DNA of 64,000 bases, taken from positions 63,614,001 through 63,678,000 of the forward strand of contig NC_058368.1 in NCBI RefSeq assembly GCF_018350175.1, in the 5' to 3' direction. Below are positions 13,418 to 26,363 of the stretch, piece after piece. A program made the translations under genes and the position numbers. This DNA is from Felis catus. Lineage: Eukaryota. The notes below the pieces were generated by a model that did not search any database, was not told where the DNA came from, and worked only from the letters and a program-made list of their open reading frames with translations. The number at the start of each line of letters is the position of its first letter. Position 1 is the first letter of the stretch.

Positions 13418-13579
13418 GACCTGATCTACAGGTTTGCATATCCAAAAAACCTACCTGTTGCACCAGGAAGATGGAGGAGAGATACCAGACTGCAGCTCGC
13501 CAAGATATGCAGGAAGTTCTTCAATCATCCAGCTCCACATTAAAGTTTCTAATATCGCGAAATGCTGCTGCTTTTCAAG
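13418..13579 (+). CDS. GPC5: Glypican-5 internal coding exon (exon 2), 162 nt, phase 1-1
   Basis: Translation (G)[53 protein letters not shown] matches the N-terminal Cys-rich glypican domain of GPC5 as recalled. Acceptor ttccAG at 13416-13417 and donor CAAG|GTAAAT at 13580. The ORF-track extensions on either side are intronic. Confidence 0.95.
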
Positions 13580-15242
13580 GTAAATGTATCTTGATTTCTG
13601 AAACTAAGGAGAAGTCTTGTTATGCAATCTTCCTATTACAATTATCCTGGTAAACTTGGGCTAGGTTTTCTTACCTTTGCATACCATCATTCTGGAACAA
13701 AATGAAGTTTTAACTTCTTTTAACCCTCAGAAAAAGGTCATTATTTCTGAGGTCAATCAGGACATAAATACTGAGTTGGACTGGGAAAACTGTTATATTA
13801 GTGAAATAGTCCTTGGACATATGTGCCCTTTGTGGGTCCTTCCAGGTCCCTCAGTATTCTGACCTATGGTTTTACTGCAGTATGAATGGACATAATTATT
13901 AGATTTTAGTATTCTGTAACATAAAATCTCATTGCTTTTAACTAGGAAATTATAGATTTATTTTTAAAAATATGATTTGAAGAAATATTTGTCTAAGTTT
14001 TTCCCCTGGCTACCTCATGTGGTTTTCATAAGAACACCAGTGTGATATGTCAAAGTGCAGACAAGTCTGATAAACAGTAAAATAGGAAATATTAATTGGA
14101 TATTTAAGGATCAGCTAAGACCAGAACTCAACCTTAATTCAAACAGTATGTTCAGAAATAAAATTAATGGGTTATAAAATTACAAGGCACATTGGAAAAT
14201 AGATGATCTTTCCCTTATTTTAGTCATCATCTCCATAAAACCCCTTATTACTACAATAAAATAGCTTAATTTATTTTTCCTTTTATAAAACATTAGCTTA
14301 ACTGTATATGATTCAAATGAAAATATCTAGATTATACTACTTTCAAACAAATTTATTGCTTTTGTTCAAAGCAAAATAGACTTTTGTTAGTATTCCTTTT
14401 CCTTTATGTATATTATTGTCAGTCTATTTAAATAATTTGTGCTTTGTTTACATGCATAACTAAATCACAAAGCTGATTAATTTTTAAAACTATGTTCATT
14501 AAATAACATAAATACAATGAATCAGGATAAAATTTAAGTGGAATTAAAATGTAGTTTATGATGAATTAGTGATTTTCTTAGGGAAACTGTGATATGTCAA
14601 ATTTTAAGATGTTATTACTTTAGTGATTTTTTAGATGTCTTAGAAAACAACTTTATGTCTGTTATGGGATTTATTCATATGAAATTGTTGGAGGAAAACA
14701 TGTTGATGTGCCTTGTAAGCAAAGATTTGTGATTTGAACTGGCTGAACCAGAAGACTATAACCACATACACAGAGTGATGTGATGGTTTTTTTCTCATGG
14801 AAATGACAACATGCACAATATGGACAATACATTCTAGAGGTAAAGGGCAGTGAATAAACCAGTCTGACCAGAACAGGGATGGGGAGTGTGGTGGAGATTC
14901 TATGCTTGAAAAGGTGAGCTGGGCTCACATGGAAGGAGATTTAGAGCATCAACTTGAGTTTGAGTCATTAAAGTTTATTGAACAGGAAAGCTTCATAATG
15001 ATTTCTTATCTTTTAATGTCAAAACTAATCCTTTCAACTAAGAATATATGGCTGAAGAAGATCATGACCAATGAAACCGACCTTTTTGGATAGCAGAGCT
15101 AATTATAGAAGTGAAAGAAAGTGCTATCGTTGCTAATATATTGGCACTCAGTGAATGTTGAACATTTTCTTCTACCTTCAAAGATACCTTAACAAACCTT
15201 TTACACATTGTTGGATAAATTGATCAAGATAGAATACATCAT

Positions 15243-15344
15243 GGGGTGCCTGGCTGGCTCAGTTGGTAGAGCATGCAACTCTTGATCTGAGGGTTGTGAG
15301 TTCAAGCCCTATGTTGGGTGTGGAGATTACTTAAAAAAAAAAAA
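15243..15344 (+). mobile_element. Short Can-SINE (tRNA-derived head plus A tail)
   Basis: ggggtgcctggctggctcagttggtagagcatg...gagttcaagccc, A-box/B-box like, flanked by agatagaata repeats. Confidence 0.85.
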
Positions 15345-15587
15345 GAGAGAGATAGAATATATTAGGTTCAAATGATTGGGAAAAATACAACACCTGAATT
15401 ATTTACTTTTAAAATGGGTTCAGGCTGCTGAAAAATTGTGGTGATATTGCTAAAAGTTTGGTGACAAATAAGAAGTAGAAATACATGGGATTGTCTCTAT
15501 CTACCATAGTGTCAGGTAATTTATCTACATTGAAAAAATTTTTCTGTTTAATAAATTTTGTTATATTCAGTAGGTTGAGTTTTGCTG

Positions 15588-15740
15588 GGGAGGGGGAGAG
15601 ATGGCTACACAGAATCCGAAGGAGGCTCCAGGCTCTGGGCTCTCAGCACAGAGCCTGATGCAGGGCTCAAACTCACGAACTGTGAGATCATGACCTGAGC
15701 CAAAGTTGGATGCTTAACTGACTGAGCCACCCAGGTGCCC
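15588..15740 (-). mobile_element. Can-SINE lacking its 3' tail
   Basis: SINE body flanked by ttgagttttgctg at 15575-15587 and 15741-15753. Confidence 0.88.
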
Positions 15741-17833
15741 TTGAGTTTTGCTGTTTACTTAAATATTAATCGTAAAAATGAAAATGGTAGGCACTTTCTT
15801 AAATATAACTTGTTATAAGTGGTTGTTTTCGCCCTTTGTGGAATGTCAAGTTTTATTTAAGAATCATGAGAAGGCAAAACAAATTTAGAATAAATTTGCC
15901 TAAAGGCTAACTTTACTGGAATATATTCTTTTATAAGAAGAATAACTGCTTTTAATTTAATAAATAGAGTAAGTAGCTTTAGGATTATGTCCATAAAAAC
16001 AAGCTTAAACATATATACTAAAAGCAGTTTGAGAAATCACATCTATTGTACCATAATCGAGCAGGTGACTTTATCAGTAAGTAAATTGCCTACTATCTAG
16101 TTTCTGTGCCATCAGAATATCTGAAAACAATTCAAAGTCTTTATTTTTCTAAGAAGAAAGAAGCCAACACACTTTATTGGGAAAACTGGCTGCTTGAGAG
16201 AAATTTAATGGGGAAATCAATTCACTTCTCAAATAATGTAAGTAGATTTGCTGTTTTTGATATTTTGATTTTCAAATATTTCATTTATGTCTCCTACTCC
16301 AACAGTGTTAACCTGCTTTTTAAGTGGTATTCTGGGTTATAAAAGACTGTAGTATGGTCCCTTCTCTCATAGCTTTTATAGAATCCCACGGAAACCTGGT
16401 TTTGAAGCAACCCTTTGGGTGTGACCGATGGGAATGATTGCTTGCGTGTATGGATGTAGTGGGCACCCACATTATTGTGAGATGAAGGAACTTTTAAAGG
16501 GAGGGAGAAAACAGTGCTGGCAACTGGTGCCGGAAGACAAGTTTATCCTGTACACAGTCTGCATTCAGATCTGGAATTGTGCACAGGAAGCTACCTACCA
16601 GTGCAATTGGAATCCACCTACTGGGATGATTCTTCTGTTTTCTTTTATGTAATTTATTTGTGTTGGTTCCAGTCACATTGCCTTAAATTAAACAAGCAAT
16701 GAAATGATAATCTGTTTTTGGAAGGATCAATAATTATGACCAGGGGCTTCACTGTATCCTCAAGTGTAGTCTTTCATATGGAATGGAGCATTTCATAAGC
16801 TAAAAGGAATAAGCTGTTATCTCTGTGTCTGTTGTTATTTGTAAATAAGTGGTGCTGTTTGCAGAGAGGAACACTGGCTATGTCACGGTGCAGACAGTAA
16901 CTCTTCTTTATTTTCAAGGGCTTAATAATGATCGTGAATGAAGCAGAACAGCCACAGATAATACGAAAGAGTTGTTTTTCCTTCCACTCTTTTAAAGTGA
17001 GTGTGGGATTGCTGGCTTTAAAAATATTTTGGAAATACTCTTTATAATGTTTTATTTGTTTATACAATAAAGTATGGTGTGACTCATGAAGAAACAGAGG
17101 AAGTTGACAGAGAATATGTCATCTACAGTAAAAGAGCAACGCTTATGCAGCTTTCAAATTTGGCAGTTTTTAAATCTCCATTCAAATAAGATAATGTAGT
17201 TTAGCTTTTTAAATTTAAAACTGAACAAATTTTTCAGCCTCACTTTCAAAAATTAAAAGGAAGGGAGAAAATAAAAGGAAGGAATACTTGGGAGAACGCC
17301 ATTGGAAACTTGTCGAAACGTTGGGAAGATAAGGTTAAAAAGCTGCACCTTTTCTTTGAGTTGTACCTTTCCCCACTTCTCTTATCTTCCAGTTGCTCGT
17401 GTATTTCAAAAATATATGGTAGATACCAAGTCTATATTCTGGAGGTTTCCAGTTTTATATATGGCATTTAAAAAGTGTACATTATTACAAAAGACTGAGT
17501 GATAAATGATAGTTAGAACAGGAAAGTTTTAGCATTTTTATTTATGTTTACATTCTCTCGGCTGAGTAAATTTTCATTTCTTGATTGTAAGTACTTGAAA
17601 GATTGGCAGGCTTGTCCTTGTGCATTGAAATATTAGAATTAGGAATTTAATAAAAAAAATACATTCTTATTTTTAATGAAATATAGGAATATGTTCAAAA
17701 TTAAGCATCTTATTTTAAAAAGTAGGTGAATTAAGAGTGAGGATGTAATTAATGGATTTTTCTCCTTTACACTAACTACTGTAAAATGTATAGCTGGTGT
17801 ATAGCTACTGTAAAACTAATGTAAAGTCAAAGG

Positions 17834-17836
<3 letters not shown>

Positions 17837-17871
<35 letters not shown>
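17837..17871. repeat. (TA)n microsatellite
   Basis: Perfect TA run. Confidence 0.95.
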
Positions 17872-17874
<3 letters not shown>

Positions 17875-19096
17875 AAAGGTACAAAGATATAGTGAATATT
17901 TGAATATACTAATATATGGGAGAGTAAATAGACTTATATAAATATTATTAAGCATGAGGTACATTAATCTTATTTTATTCACTTCAGCTATGCTTCACAA
18001 AGGTGGATAATAATTAAAATTATTCCTTGGACGAGCATTGTGTCGAAGGATAAAGGAATAATACCGGTTTTAACACGGAGAGTTACCTGATCAAAAGTTC
18101 AAGTGTAAGAGAACGGGTAGCCTTAGGCTGGCAGTTGTGGGGGGTTGTTTTTCTCAATCTCTAGCAGCTAGTAAATATAATTAACTGAACTGCATGAATA
18201 AATGAATGAATGAACACTACTTATCAAGAAGATGGCTCTGAAGTAAAATGCTTGTACCCCTCCCTTGCTCCTTTCTTTCTTTTATGTATTCCTCTCTTGA
18301 TGATTTGTGTGGCATTGGAGCACCTACTAGGTACCAGCACTGTTGGGTGCTGGGGTTACGGTGTCCAAACCTTTTATTGATTCCTTTAGACTTCTAATAT
18401 GCCAACATCTGTCTTTTTCATTTATGAACTAGAAAGGGGCACATTATAGTGTCTCCTTCGATGGCATCCTGAATATGATTGCACTGTTTTTCCTTTTCAG
18501 TGTGAGGCAGCATGTGGGTTCATGTGTTATCTCATACAGCAGCTACCAATGCAATTGGTCTTTATCCAATTGTCCTTTATCTCAGAAATGTTAAAAAATA
18601 GTTTCTGTCGAATCTGTGTCAGCAGGCTTCTGTTAATTCTGCAAATGGGTAATTTTCCTATATTCTAGATAAAAGTTGCAAGAGCTTAAATTACTTTTCA
18701 GCTGGAAGTAAAGCTTGCTTTGCATGAAGCGTTGTCGATGGTGGAAATACTATTAACTATTGACCTAAGAACAGGTTTACTTTGCCCGATTTATTTTTTA
18801 AACTTGAAAAAGTAAACTTTTTGTTGTTTTAAGTTTGACTGACAGCAGGTTATGATAATATCACCTGGTGCCATGGTAATCTCACCTAGAAAGCACAGTC
18901 ACCTGCTTATAGTCGGCAAAACAATTCTTTCTTGATTTTTATATTAAACACTTTTTCAGTTAAATCTTTTCAGTGTGAGAACTGCATATTTATTTTCTTG
19001 AGGATAAGTTAACATTTCATCAGATTCTTTATCATTTTGTTATCTTCGTATTAGTTTAATCTTACTTTTGCATATGGATCGCAAGGGATGATTCTT

Positions 19097-19270
19097 GAAT
19101 GTTTAGTTTTGAAGGAGAGAGAGAGACAGAGTGTGAGCGGGGGAGGAGCAGAGAGAAAGGGAGACACAGAATCCAAAGTGGGCCCGACCCAGGGCTCAAA
19201 CTCACAAACTGTAAGATGATGACCTGAGTAGAAGTCGGACGCTTAACCAACTGAACCACCCAGGTGCCCC
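19097..19270 (-). mobile_element. Can-SINE
   Basis: TSD aagggatgattctt at 19083-19096 and 19271-19284. Confidence 0.92.
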
Positions 19271-19407
19271 AAGGGATGATTCTTAAAAACTACCTATGTG
19301 TGAAGTAAAGAACGGGACATGTGGGAAGTTATAACTAGCTATGTTTTTGAGATTTATCTGTCCCTCTATCTCTTATTCATCCATGAAGAAGTGATTTATA
19401 ACATTAC

Positions 19408-19538
19408 TTTTTCTTTTTCTTTTTTTTTTAAAGTAGACTTCATGCCCAATGCTGGGCTTCAATTCACGGCTCTGAGATCAAGACCTAAGCTGAGATCAAG
19501 AGTCAGATGCTTAACCAACTGAGCCACCCAGGCGCCCC
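19408..19538 (-). mobile_element. Short Can-SINE
   Basis: ctgagatcaagagtcagatgcttaaccaactgagccacccaggcgcccc with a T tail. Confidence 0.85.
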
Positions 19539-19559
19539 TGTAGAATTTCTTTTTATAGA

Positions 19560-19960
19560 TACGTGACATTTGTTCATCCTCCTTTTGATGGACATCTCAG
19601 TAATTTCCAACTGAGTTTTGCACTTCTCCTGCTCTAGTGACCATTCTTGTTCAAGTCCCCACAGGCACCTGTTTTCCTGGGGTTGATAACACAGTGAGAC
19701 TGGGGCTTCTTGGCCGGGTGCCTTGTCAGCTTCACTACATGTTGCTTAGCTGCTCTTCTAAGGAGCTGCACCCATTGAAACACCACAAACAGTTTTTGTG
19801 CTTTGTGCACTGTTCTACTTCCTTCCCAACAATGAGTATTGTCAGAATTTTGAGAGATTTGTTAAACTGATAGGTATGAAATGGCACCTTGTTTCCAAAA
19901 CGCACGGTTCCCTGAGTAGGGGCTCTGAATGTCTTTTCACAAACAGTTCTTGATGTGTGT
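19560..19960 (-). mobile_element. Old L1 ORF2 3' fragment
   Basis: gatggacat...tttcca, ccaaca.tgagtattgtcag...ctgataggtatgaaatgg are antisense L1 ORF2-end motifs. Confidence 0.55.
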
Positions 19961-20664
19961 GTGTTTTTTTTTAATTTTCCCTTAGGAATATGTCCTAAGA
20001 ACCTGTATACACACTTTGAGGATATATACATTGTTGTTGGTGTTTTGTATGTATTTAAGATTTTTTTTTAGATACCAAAAACAAGAGTTTTTTTTAAGGT
20101 ACTGATATCCATTTGGATCGTAAAGTTTTAGCTAAAATAATTCAGATGTCTTTCCATATTCTGTAGAAGTCCAAGCTCTTCACAAGCTTCCTGCACATTC
20201 TCATGGCTTACAGTCCCATCCTTGCCCCTGCCTCTGCTTCCCTGCTCTCTTCGTTTGTTTTTGCCTCTTTCCTATCATATTAATTCAAAAAAAAGTTTTT
20301 AAATTACTACTTCCATACTTACACACATGTGTGCATACACACTAATACGGTATATATACAAGATCAATTTTATGAGATGGTGATGAAAAAAGATAAAATC
20401 TAAAAATTATAAATAATCATAAATTGAATATTAATTTTTATATTTCCAAGTACTTTTTTTTTTTTAGCTCTGCCTCTACTCCAATCCACGAAGCTACCAA
20501 CCTCACATCTTTCTCTCTGGCCTCTCTATCTCCCATTCCTCGTGTGACATTCTCTTCTCTTCTTCAAGTGGTGACATAATGTATCTTCCAGTTCCTTTTA
20601 TTTATAAGCATGGTAATATTAAATAACCAACACATGGCTCTGAGTGTGAATTTTAACTGAGGAC

Positions 20665-20915
20665 TTTATTTTATTTTATTATATATATTATATTTATTTC
20701 ATTTATTTATTTCATTTATTTTATATATATATATATACAGAGAGAGAGAGAGAGAAAGAGAGAGCGCATGTGAGCTGGGGAGGGGGGCAGAGAGAGAGAG
20801 AGAAATCTTAAGCAGCCTCCATGCCGATGCAGGGCTCTATCCTACCACCCTGTGATCATGATTTGAGCCAAAATCAAGAGTTGGACCTCAACTGACTGAG
20901 CAACCCAGGAGCCCC
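20665..20915 (-). mobile_element. Can-SINE with AT-rich degenerate tail
   Basis: tgatcatgatttgagccaaaatcaagagttgg...gagcaacccaggagcccc. Confidence 0.88.
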
Positions 20916-21329
20916 AAGGATCTATTTTTTAATTAAAAAAAAATTTCATTAATTTTTTTCCCTAGCTTTATTGAGATATAATTGTTGCCCCTCTGCCTTG
21001 TTGTTAGTTAGAGCCCCAGTTTTGCGGGGTGACCAACCTCTACTGCGGCGTGCTTAGGGACAGTGAACGCCACTGCAGCTCTAGGGCATGGTGCGAGACG
21101 GACTAGGAAGTGTGTGTGTATGGTGGTGATGTTCTGAAGTAGCTGCTGTGGGAAACGGGAAAGGAAGTGAACTAAAGTCCAGTTAGAGGGCTGACATTGG
21201 AGACAGCTAATTAATAATGAAGCCGGTTTGCATGATGGTACCGCTGTTTTCGTTTTTAGCCCTGCCTAGTTTTTGCCTCCAGAGAAGGCGTGAGTAGTGG
21301 GGATCTGTGGTTGAGCACAGGTAATAGGA

Positions 21330-22200
21330 GAATCATTCATCCATCCAGCAAACATTCATGGGGCAGCTTGTATGTGCCCGCATTGTTTTAAGTGCTTGGT
21401 GTACTTCAGTGAATGAAACAAAAATTCCTGTTCTCACACTGTGTGTTTCAGCCAGGGGAAAGTAGAAAATAAATGTATACAGGTGTAAATACATTAGGAT
21501 GGATTAAATGCTTTGGGAAACCGTAGCATAGAACAGAGGGAGGGAGAGTAGCAGTCCTGGAGGATTGCAGTTTTAAACTGGATGGTCAGGGAAGAGTTGG
21601 CATTGGAGCAAAGGTTTCGTCAAAGTGAAGGGGTTGGATATATGGATGTCTGGGAGAAAAGCATTCTAGCAAGAGGGAGTGATCCTAACGTAGGAATGGG
21701 CCTCACATGTTAGAGGAATAGCCTCAGTATGGCTGGGGCACCGTGGGGGGCTGGAAGGTGGTAAGAAAGACTATCACAGAGGTGACAGGCATAGATGCAT
21801 GTAGGGCACCTTAGGCTTTTATTCTGAAACAGAAGTTTTTGCCATAGGTATGGCTTGATTTGAAAACAGTTAACTAGGTCTAGTTGTTGAGGGGCACACA
21901 CACACATCCAGCTTGTAGTGGGGCGTGAGTGGACCTAGGAAGCCCCTAAAGAGATTATTAAAATAATCCATAAGAGGCACTAGGGTGACTTAAACCCAGT
22001 GCTGGCAGTACAGGTGGTCAGAAATGGTCAGTTTCTGGTTACATTATGGTCATCATGGGGCCCTGGGCATGATGGAAAAGGAATTGAGGACAAGAGAGGG
22101 CTGATGGTAGTAAACTACACCAAGGATACGTCTGTGGGGTTAAGTGCCTGGTGTGTCATGGAGATGAATTAAAGAGGCTGAGGTAGAAGGATGCTTTCCG
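21330..22200 (-). mobile_element. L2 relic
   Basis: Antisense L2 3' end cattcatccatccagcaaacattcatg...tatgtgcc.gcattgttttaagtgcttgg, followed by a purine-rich body. Confidence 0.65.
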
Positions 22201-22576
22201 CCGGATGTTGGAATCTCTGAGTCACATCTGCTGGAGAGTTGGAGTGAGAGAAACAGTTTTTCTAATAGTTTCTATTAGAAACTGTTTCTAAATAGTTTCT
22301 AAATATTTCTAGAAGTCTCTAAAGTTCTCTGTGGAACTGAGTTCTCTGTTTCTAAAGTTCTCTATGGAAGATGGACGTTGGTGGGCGTGACAGGGGCATT
22401 CATTGATTATCTGATGGAGGCTAATCTTTTTGTTTTGTTTTTAAAATCACTTTATCATGGTATGATTGACACAAAAAGCTGTACATATTTAATGTACACA
22501 GCTCGATGAGTTTGGAGATAAGTATATCTTATGTGGTGACGAAGCCATCACCACAATTTATGCCATGAACATGTAT

Positions 22577-22798
22577 TAAAAAATTTTTTTTAAATGTTTT
22601 ACGTATTCTTGAGAGGGAGAGAGAGACAGAGCATGAGTGAGGGAGGGGCAGAGTAGAAGAGGGACACAGAATCCAAAGCAGGCTCCAGGCTCTGAGCTGT
22701 CAGCACAGAGCCTCATGCAGGGCTTGAACTCACAAGCCGTGAGATCATGATCTGAGCTGACGTCAGACACTCAACCAACTGAGCCACACAGGCACCTC
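22577..22798 (-). mobile_element. Can-SINE at the edge of an L1M 3'-end fragment (about 22430-22575)
   Basis: TSD-like tatgccat(g/a)aacat on both sides. Upstream aagctgtacatatttaatgtacac...gatgagtttgg is an antisense L1 3' end. Confidence 0.88.
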
Positions 22799-24759
22799 TA
22801 TGCCATAAACATATTGGAGGAGGCTGATCTGTGACACAGGGTTAAAACAGTAGTGGTCTGGAAGAGCCTGGGGATTTCCAACTGCTTCCTATGATTTGGT
22901 TCTGTAAAGTGGTAGAGATGGTGTTTCTATAATAATACCATATGTGTAATTATGAAAATAACATTAATTTTGATAAAATACTCATGATTCTACTCAATGA
23001 ATCTTATTATGAATATTTAGCATAATTTAAAAGTTGAAGGGCATTATAAAGAAGTAACACAGATAAATAAAATTGTGTTGCTTGAAATTTGTCAATAAAC
23101 TTTGAGCATTGACGGGAGAAAGCTTGTAATAAGACCATGTTGAATAAAGGCACATAATAGTAATTATGGTCAAAATCATGGGTTTGTACATGAGAAATTT
23201 GTTTTAAACTTATTTTCATGGTACAAGATACAACTTGGTTACATAAAATTGAAAATAAAATTCCTTATTACTCAATAACCCATTTAGCAAATAAGATGGG
23301 GGAAAAGAAGATTAAGATGAAAATATTAAACCATCATCTATAATATTTAATTGGTAAAGTGGTAAAATATAATGGAAAATAAGGTACCTCTCTTTCCTCA
23401 GACAAATAGAGGACTTAAATTTTTTAGCCATTTTTCAATGTAGCTGTTCATGATGGGAAATTATCCATGTATATCTCCATGCTTTTAGCATAAAATATAT
23501 CTAGCAATAAATGTAATATACATGCTCTATAGCTTTTATGCAGAAGTCCAAGGGCTTCAAATGACATCTCAAAATCCAGAGAGTCATAGTAGTAAATAAA
23601 GGGTAATTGTTGGATAGCTATGCTGTGCTCCTTTTATTCCAGGGTGATTCTGCCTGGGGGCTAGCTTTTGTATAAACAAAGATCATTGAACTTTTGCACC
23701 TTAAAGTATACTGTTATCTTGTACCATTTGTTTGACTCCTTCTCCTCTGGGTATAAAGTTGACTTGAATGTTAATTTATGAAACCTATTCATTTTTTTTT
23801 TTTCTGTAAGTAGGAATAAACTGAAGATACTACATAATAGAACAAACATTGGTCTTTGTTGTGGGAAAACATTTGTTGTGATTGGACAGGGAATATGTTT
23901 AAGAGTTCCTGGACAAGGGTTTTAAATTTGGACAGTTTAGGTTTGATTCCTATCTCAAGATTTGCTGGTGGGGCCTCAATTCCTTTGCTTGTATAATGGC
24001 ATAATAATAGTACCTTCTTCTAGGCTGCAGTTAATGAAGATTGATTGAGGTAATCCCTATAAAGTAACTAGCACGGTGGCTGGTACGTAAGCACTCAGTA
24101 TATGTCAGCTATTCTTCTTCCTTTATTCATGGTGTATATTTTTCCCAATATTTGATAAGCAGCAAAAAATTTCAGGGCAGAAATTGTCTAGTGGTGTTTC
24201 TGCACATGTTTTATGGGGAATCGTCTAAAGTTGGTTGTCACATTATCAGAAGTGCTGTAGTGGCCAAGCAGCAGAAGGGCCTTGTGATCCAAACTCCTAG
24301 ATCACTCCTTGGATTCCCACACCGGATGGGGTTGCCAAGTCATGTTGCAAGTGCTTGGGGTTATGGCCAGTCATGCTCTCTACATTGGTAGAGACAAGCA
24401 ATGAGAACAATTATTTGGTGAATAATAATAATAGTACATTTCAAAGCAGGGTTTTTTCTGCTGCTCAGCTGGTAGTCAAAGGAATTTTCAAATTTCATTA
24501 AATGGTATTAAGTTGTAATGTTTGGACTCTCACTGTAGTAGAATCTAGTGTGAACACAGAAACCTAAGGTTTGACTAACAGAATAAAGCAACGGGACAGA
24601 ATCCATGGCACGTTATTCAATGACTTAACAAAAGCCTTAATCGTAGTGTCCTTCTCCAAAATGAGACTATCTTCACATACAAAAGGCTTTTGAGTTTTGA
24701 TATTACTGATTCATTCTGATCGTCTTCAGGGATGTTTGCAGTTTATGTTGGCATATCTT

Positions 24760-24877
24760 TATTTTTTTTTTAAGATTTTATTTTTTTAAGTAACCTCTAT
24801 GCCCAGTGGGGGGCTTGAATTTACAACCCCGAGGTCAAGAGTCACATGCTCTGCTGACTGAGCCAGCCAGGCGCCCC
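24760..24877 (-). mobile_element. Short Can-SINE
   Basis: TSD tgttggcatatctt at 24746-24759 and 24880-24893. Confidence 0.88.
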
Positions 24878-24929
24878 TGTGTTGGCATATCTTAACACAG
24901 CCAAGCCTTTAGATTATGCATTTGTGAGA

Positions 24930-24990
24930 TATTAGATAGAATCACTATTCACTATTAGATAGAATCACTAATCACTATTAGATAGAATCA
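24930..24990. repeat. 23-bp tandem repeat, about 2.7 copies
   Basis: tattagatagaatcacta(t/a)tcac starting at 24930, 24953 and 24976. Confidence 0.9.
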
Positions 24991-26083
24991 AATTGGTCCT
25001 TTCTCAACAGCATGGAGAAATAAATAAATACATAGCCTTCAGAGCAATGTGAAAGTTTTTGTGGTTGGTGGAATATGATAAAAATTTAATCTAAGATTTA
25101 ATTGAACTACTTTAAAAGCCTATGTTCATTAAGATAATTTTTATTTTGGTCTAAATGTTGCTAATCATTGTTCCATAAAATCATGTAACTATCTGATAGT
25201 TGCATTTCCTCTGCTGAAAATGTGAAATATTATTTTTTGTCTACAAGGCATCTTAGAGGGTTTCCTCTCTACATGAGGAAAGACAGTCTGGAGAACGATG
25301 GGCACTTACAGTCTCTGGAAAGTATGATTTGGGAAAAGGGTCAGAGGTGTGGGGCAAAAGCATCCACTCCACTGGTTCAAGAAGGAACAATACATGCTGT
25401 GTTTATGTTTCAATTTTTAAAATCTGAGTTTAACATGCTTACTTTCTAGTGGTAGTCCCAGGGCAATACTTTAGGATGATCAAGGCCGGCTGCTTAATTT
25501 GTTTTTATTGCATATCTTCAAAATAGGTTTAAATTAAATTATCTATGTATTTGGCAACTCTTACTCAATATATTTTGTGTATTTGCTATTTTAATGAGAA
25601 CATATTTTTGAATGCAAATTAAGAATATATTTAACAATTGCTAGTCTACACTGGTATAGCTATTCTGGAAAGCAATTTGACAATAGTTATTTAAGATATA
25701 TGTTCTTTCTCTTGTCTTTCTGATCCTTCTAATGGTTGTATATATTGGAAACGTTTTTAAAGAGACTGTTTAGGCACATGTAGAAGCATGGTAATGAAAG
25801 CATTTATAGTAATAGCTGGGAATTGAGACAGTTTGGGTGTCTGATTGTCAGAAAGCTAAGGACAATGTATAGATAATACATTCTGCATCATTAGGAATGA
25901 TCAACTGGATACATACATAGTGACATGGATAGACTTTAAAAACATAAGGTAGAGTGAAGGTATATGAGGTATATAGCACAATACCATATATGTATCTTAA
26001 AAATACATGTATCAAAGAATTCTATACATTTTACTAGAACTCATACAAATCAAAGAGTTTAAAGCACATTAGAATGATTTTTT

Positions 26084-26296
26084 TTAAATTTTTTAAAATG
26101 TTTATTTAGTTTTGAGAGAGAGACAGAACACAAGGAAGGGAGGGCCAGAGAGACAGGGAGACACAGAATCCAAAGCAGGCTCCAGGCTCTGAGCTCTCAG
26201 TACAGAACCCATCGTGGGGCTCGAACCCACCAACCACGAGATCATGACCTGAGCCGAAGTAGGATGCTCAACCGACAGAGCCACCCAGGCGTTCCC
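26084..26296 (-). mobile_element. Can-SINE
   Basis: TSD agaatgatttttt at 26071 and 26297. Confidence 0.92.
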
Positions 26297-26363
26297 AGAA
26301 TGATTTTTTAAGGATAATAATTACGTAATTTGCCATCCAACCTCATAAATAGTAGGAGGCATT

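Noticed and set aside
13384..13653. 89-aa ORF as a standalone small gene
   Set aside because: Only the AG/GT-bounded 13418-13579 part matches glypican; the rest is intronic read-through.
15243..15320. tRNA gene
   Set aside because: It is a tRNA-derived Can-SINE head with an A tail and flanking repeats, with no convincing acceptor stem.
24930..24990. CRISPR-like array (also 44997-45072)
   Set aside because: The repeats are directly tandem with no unique spacers, there are no cas genes, and the context is mammalian.
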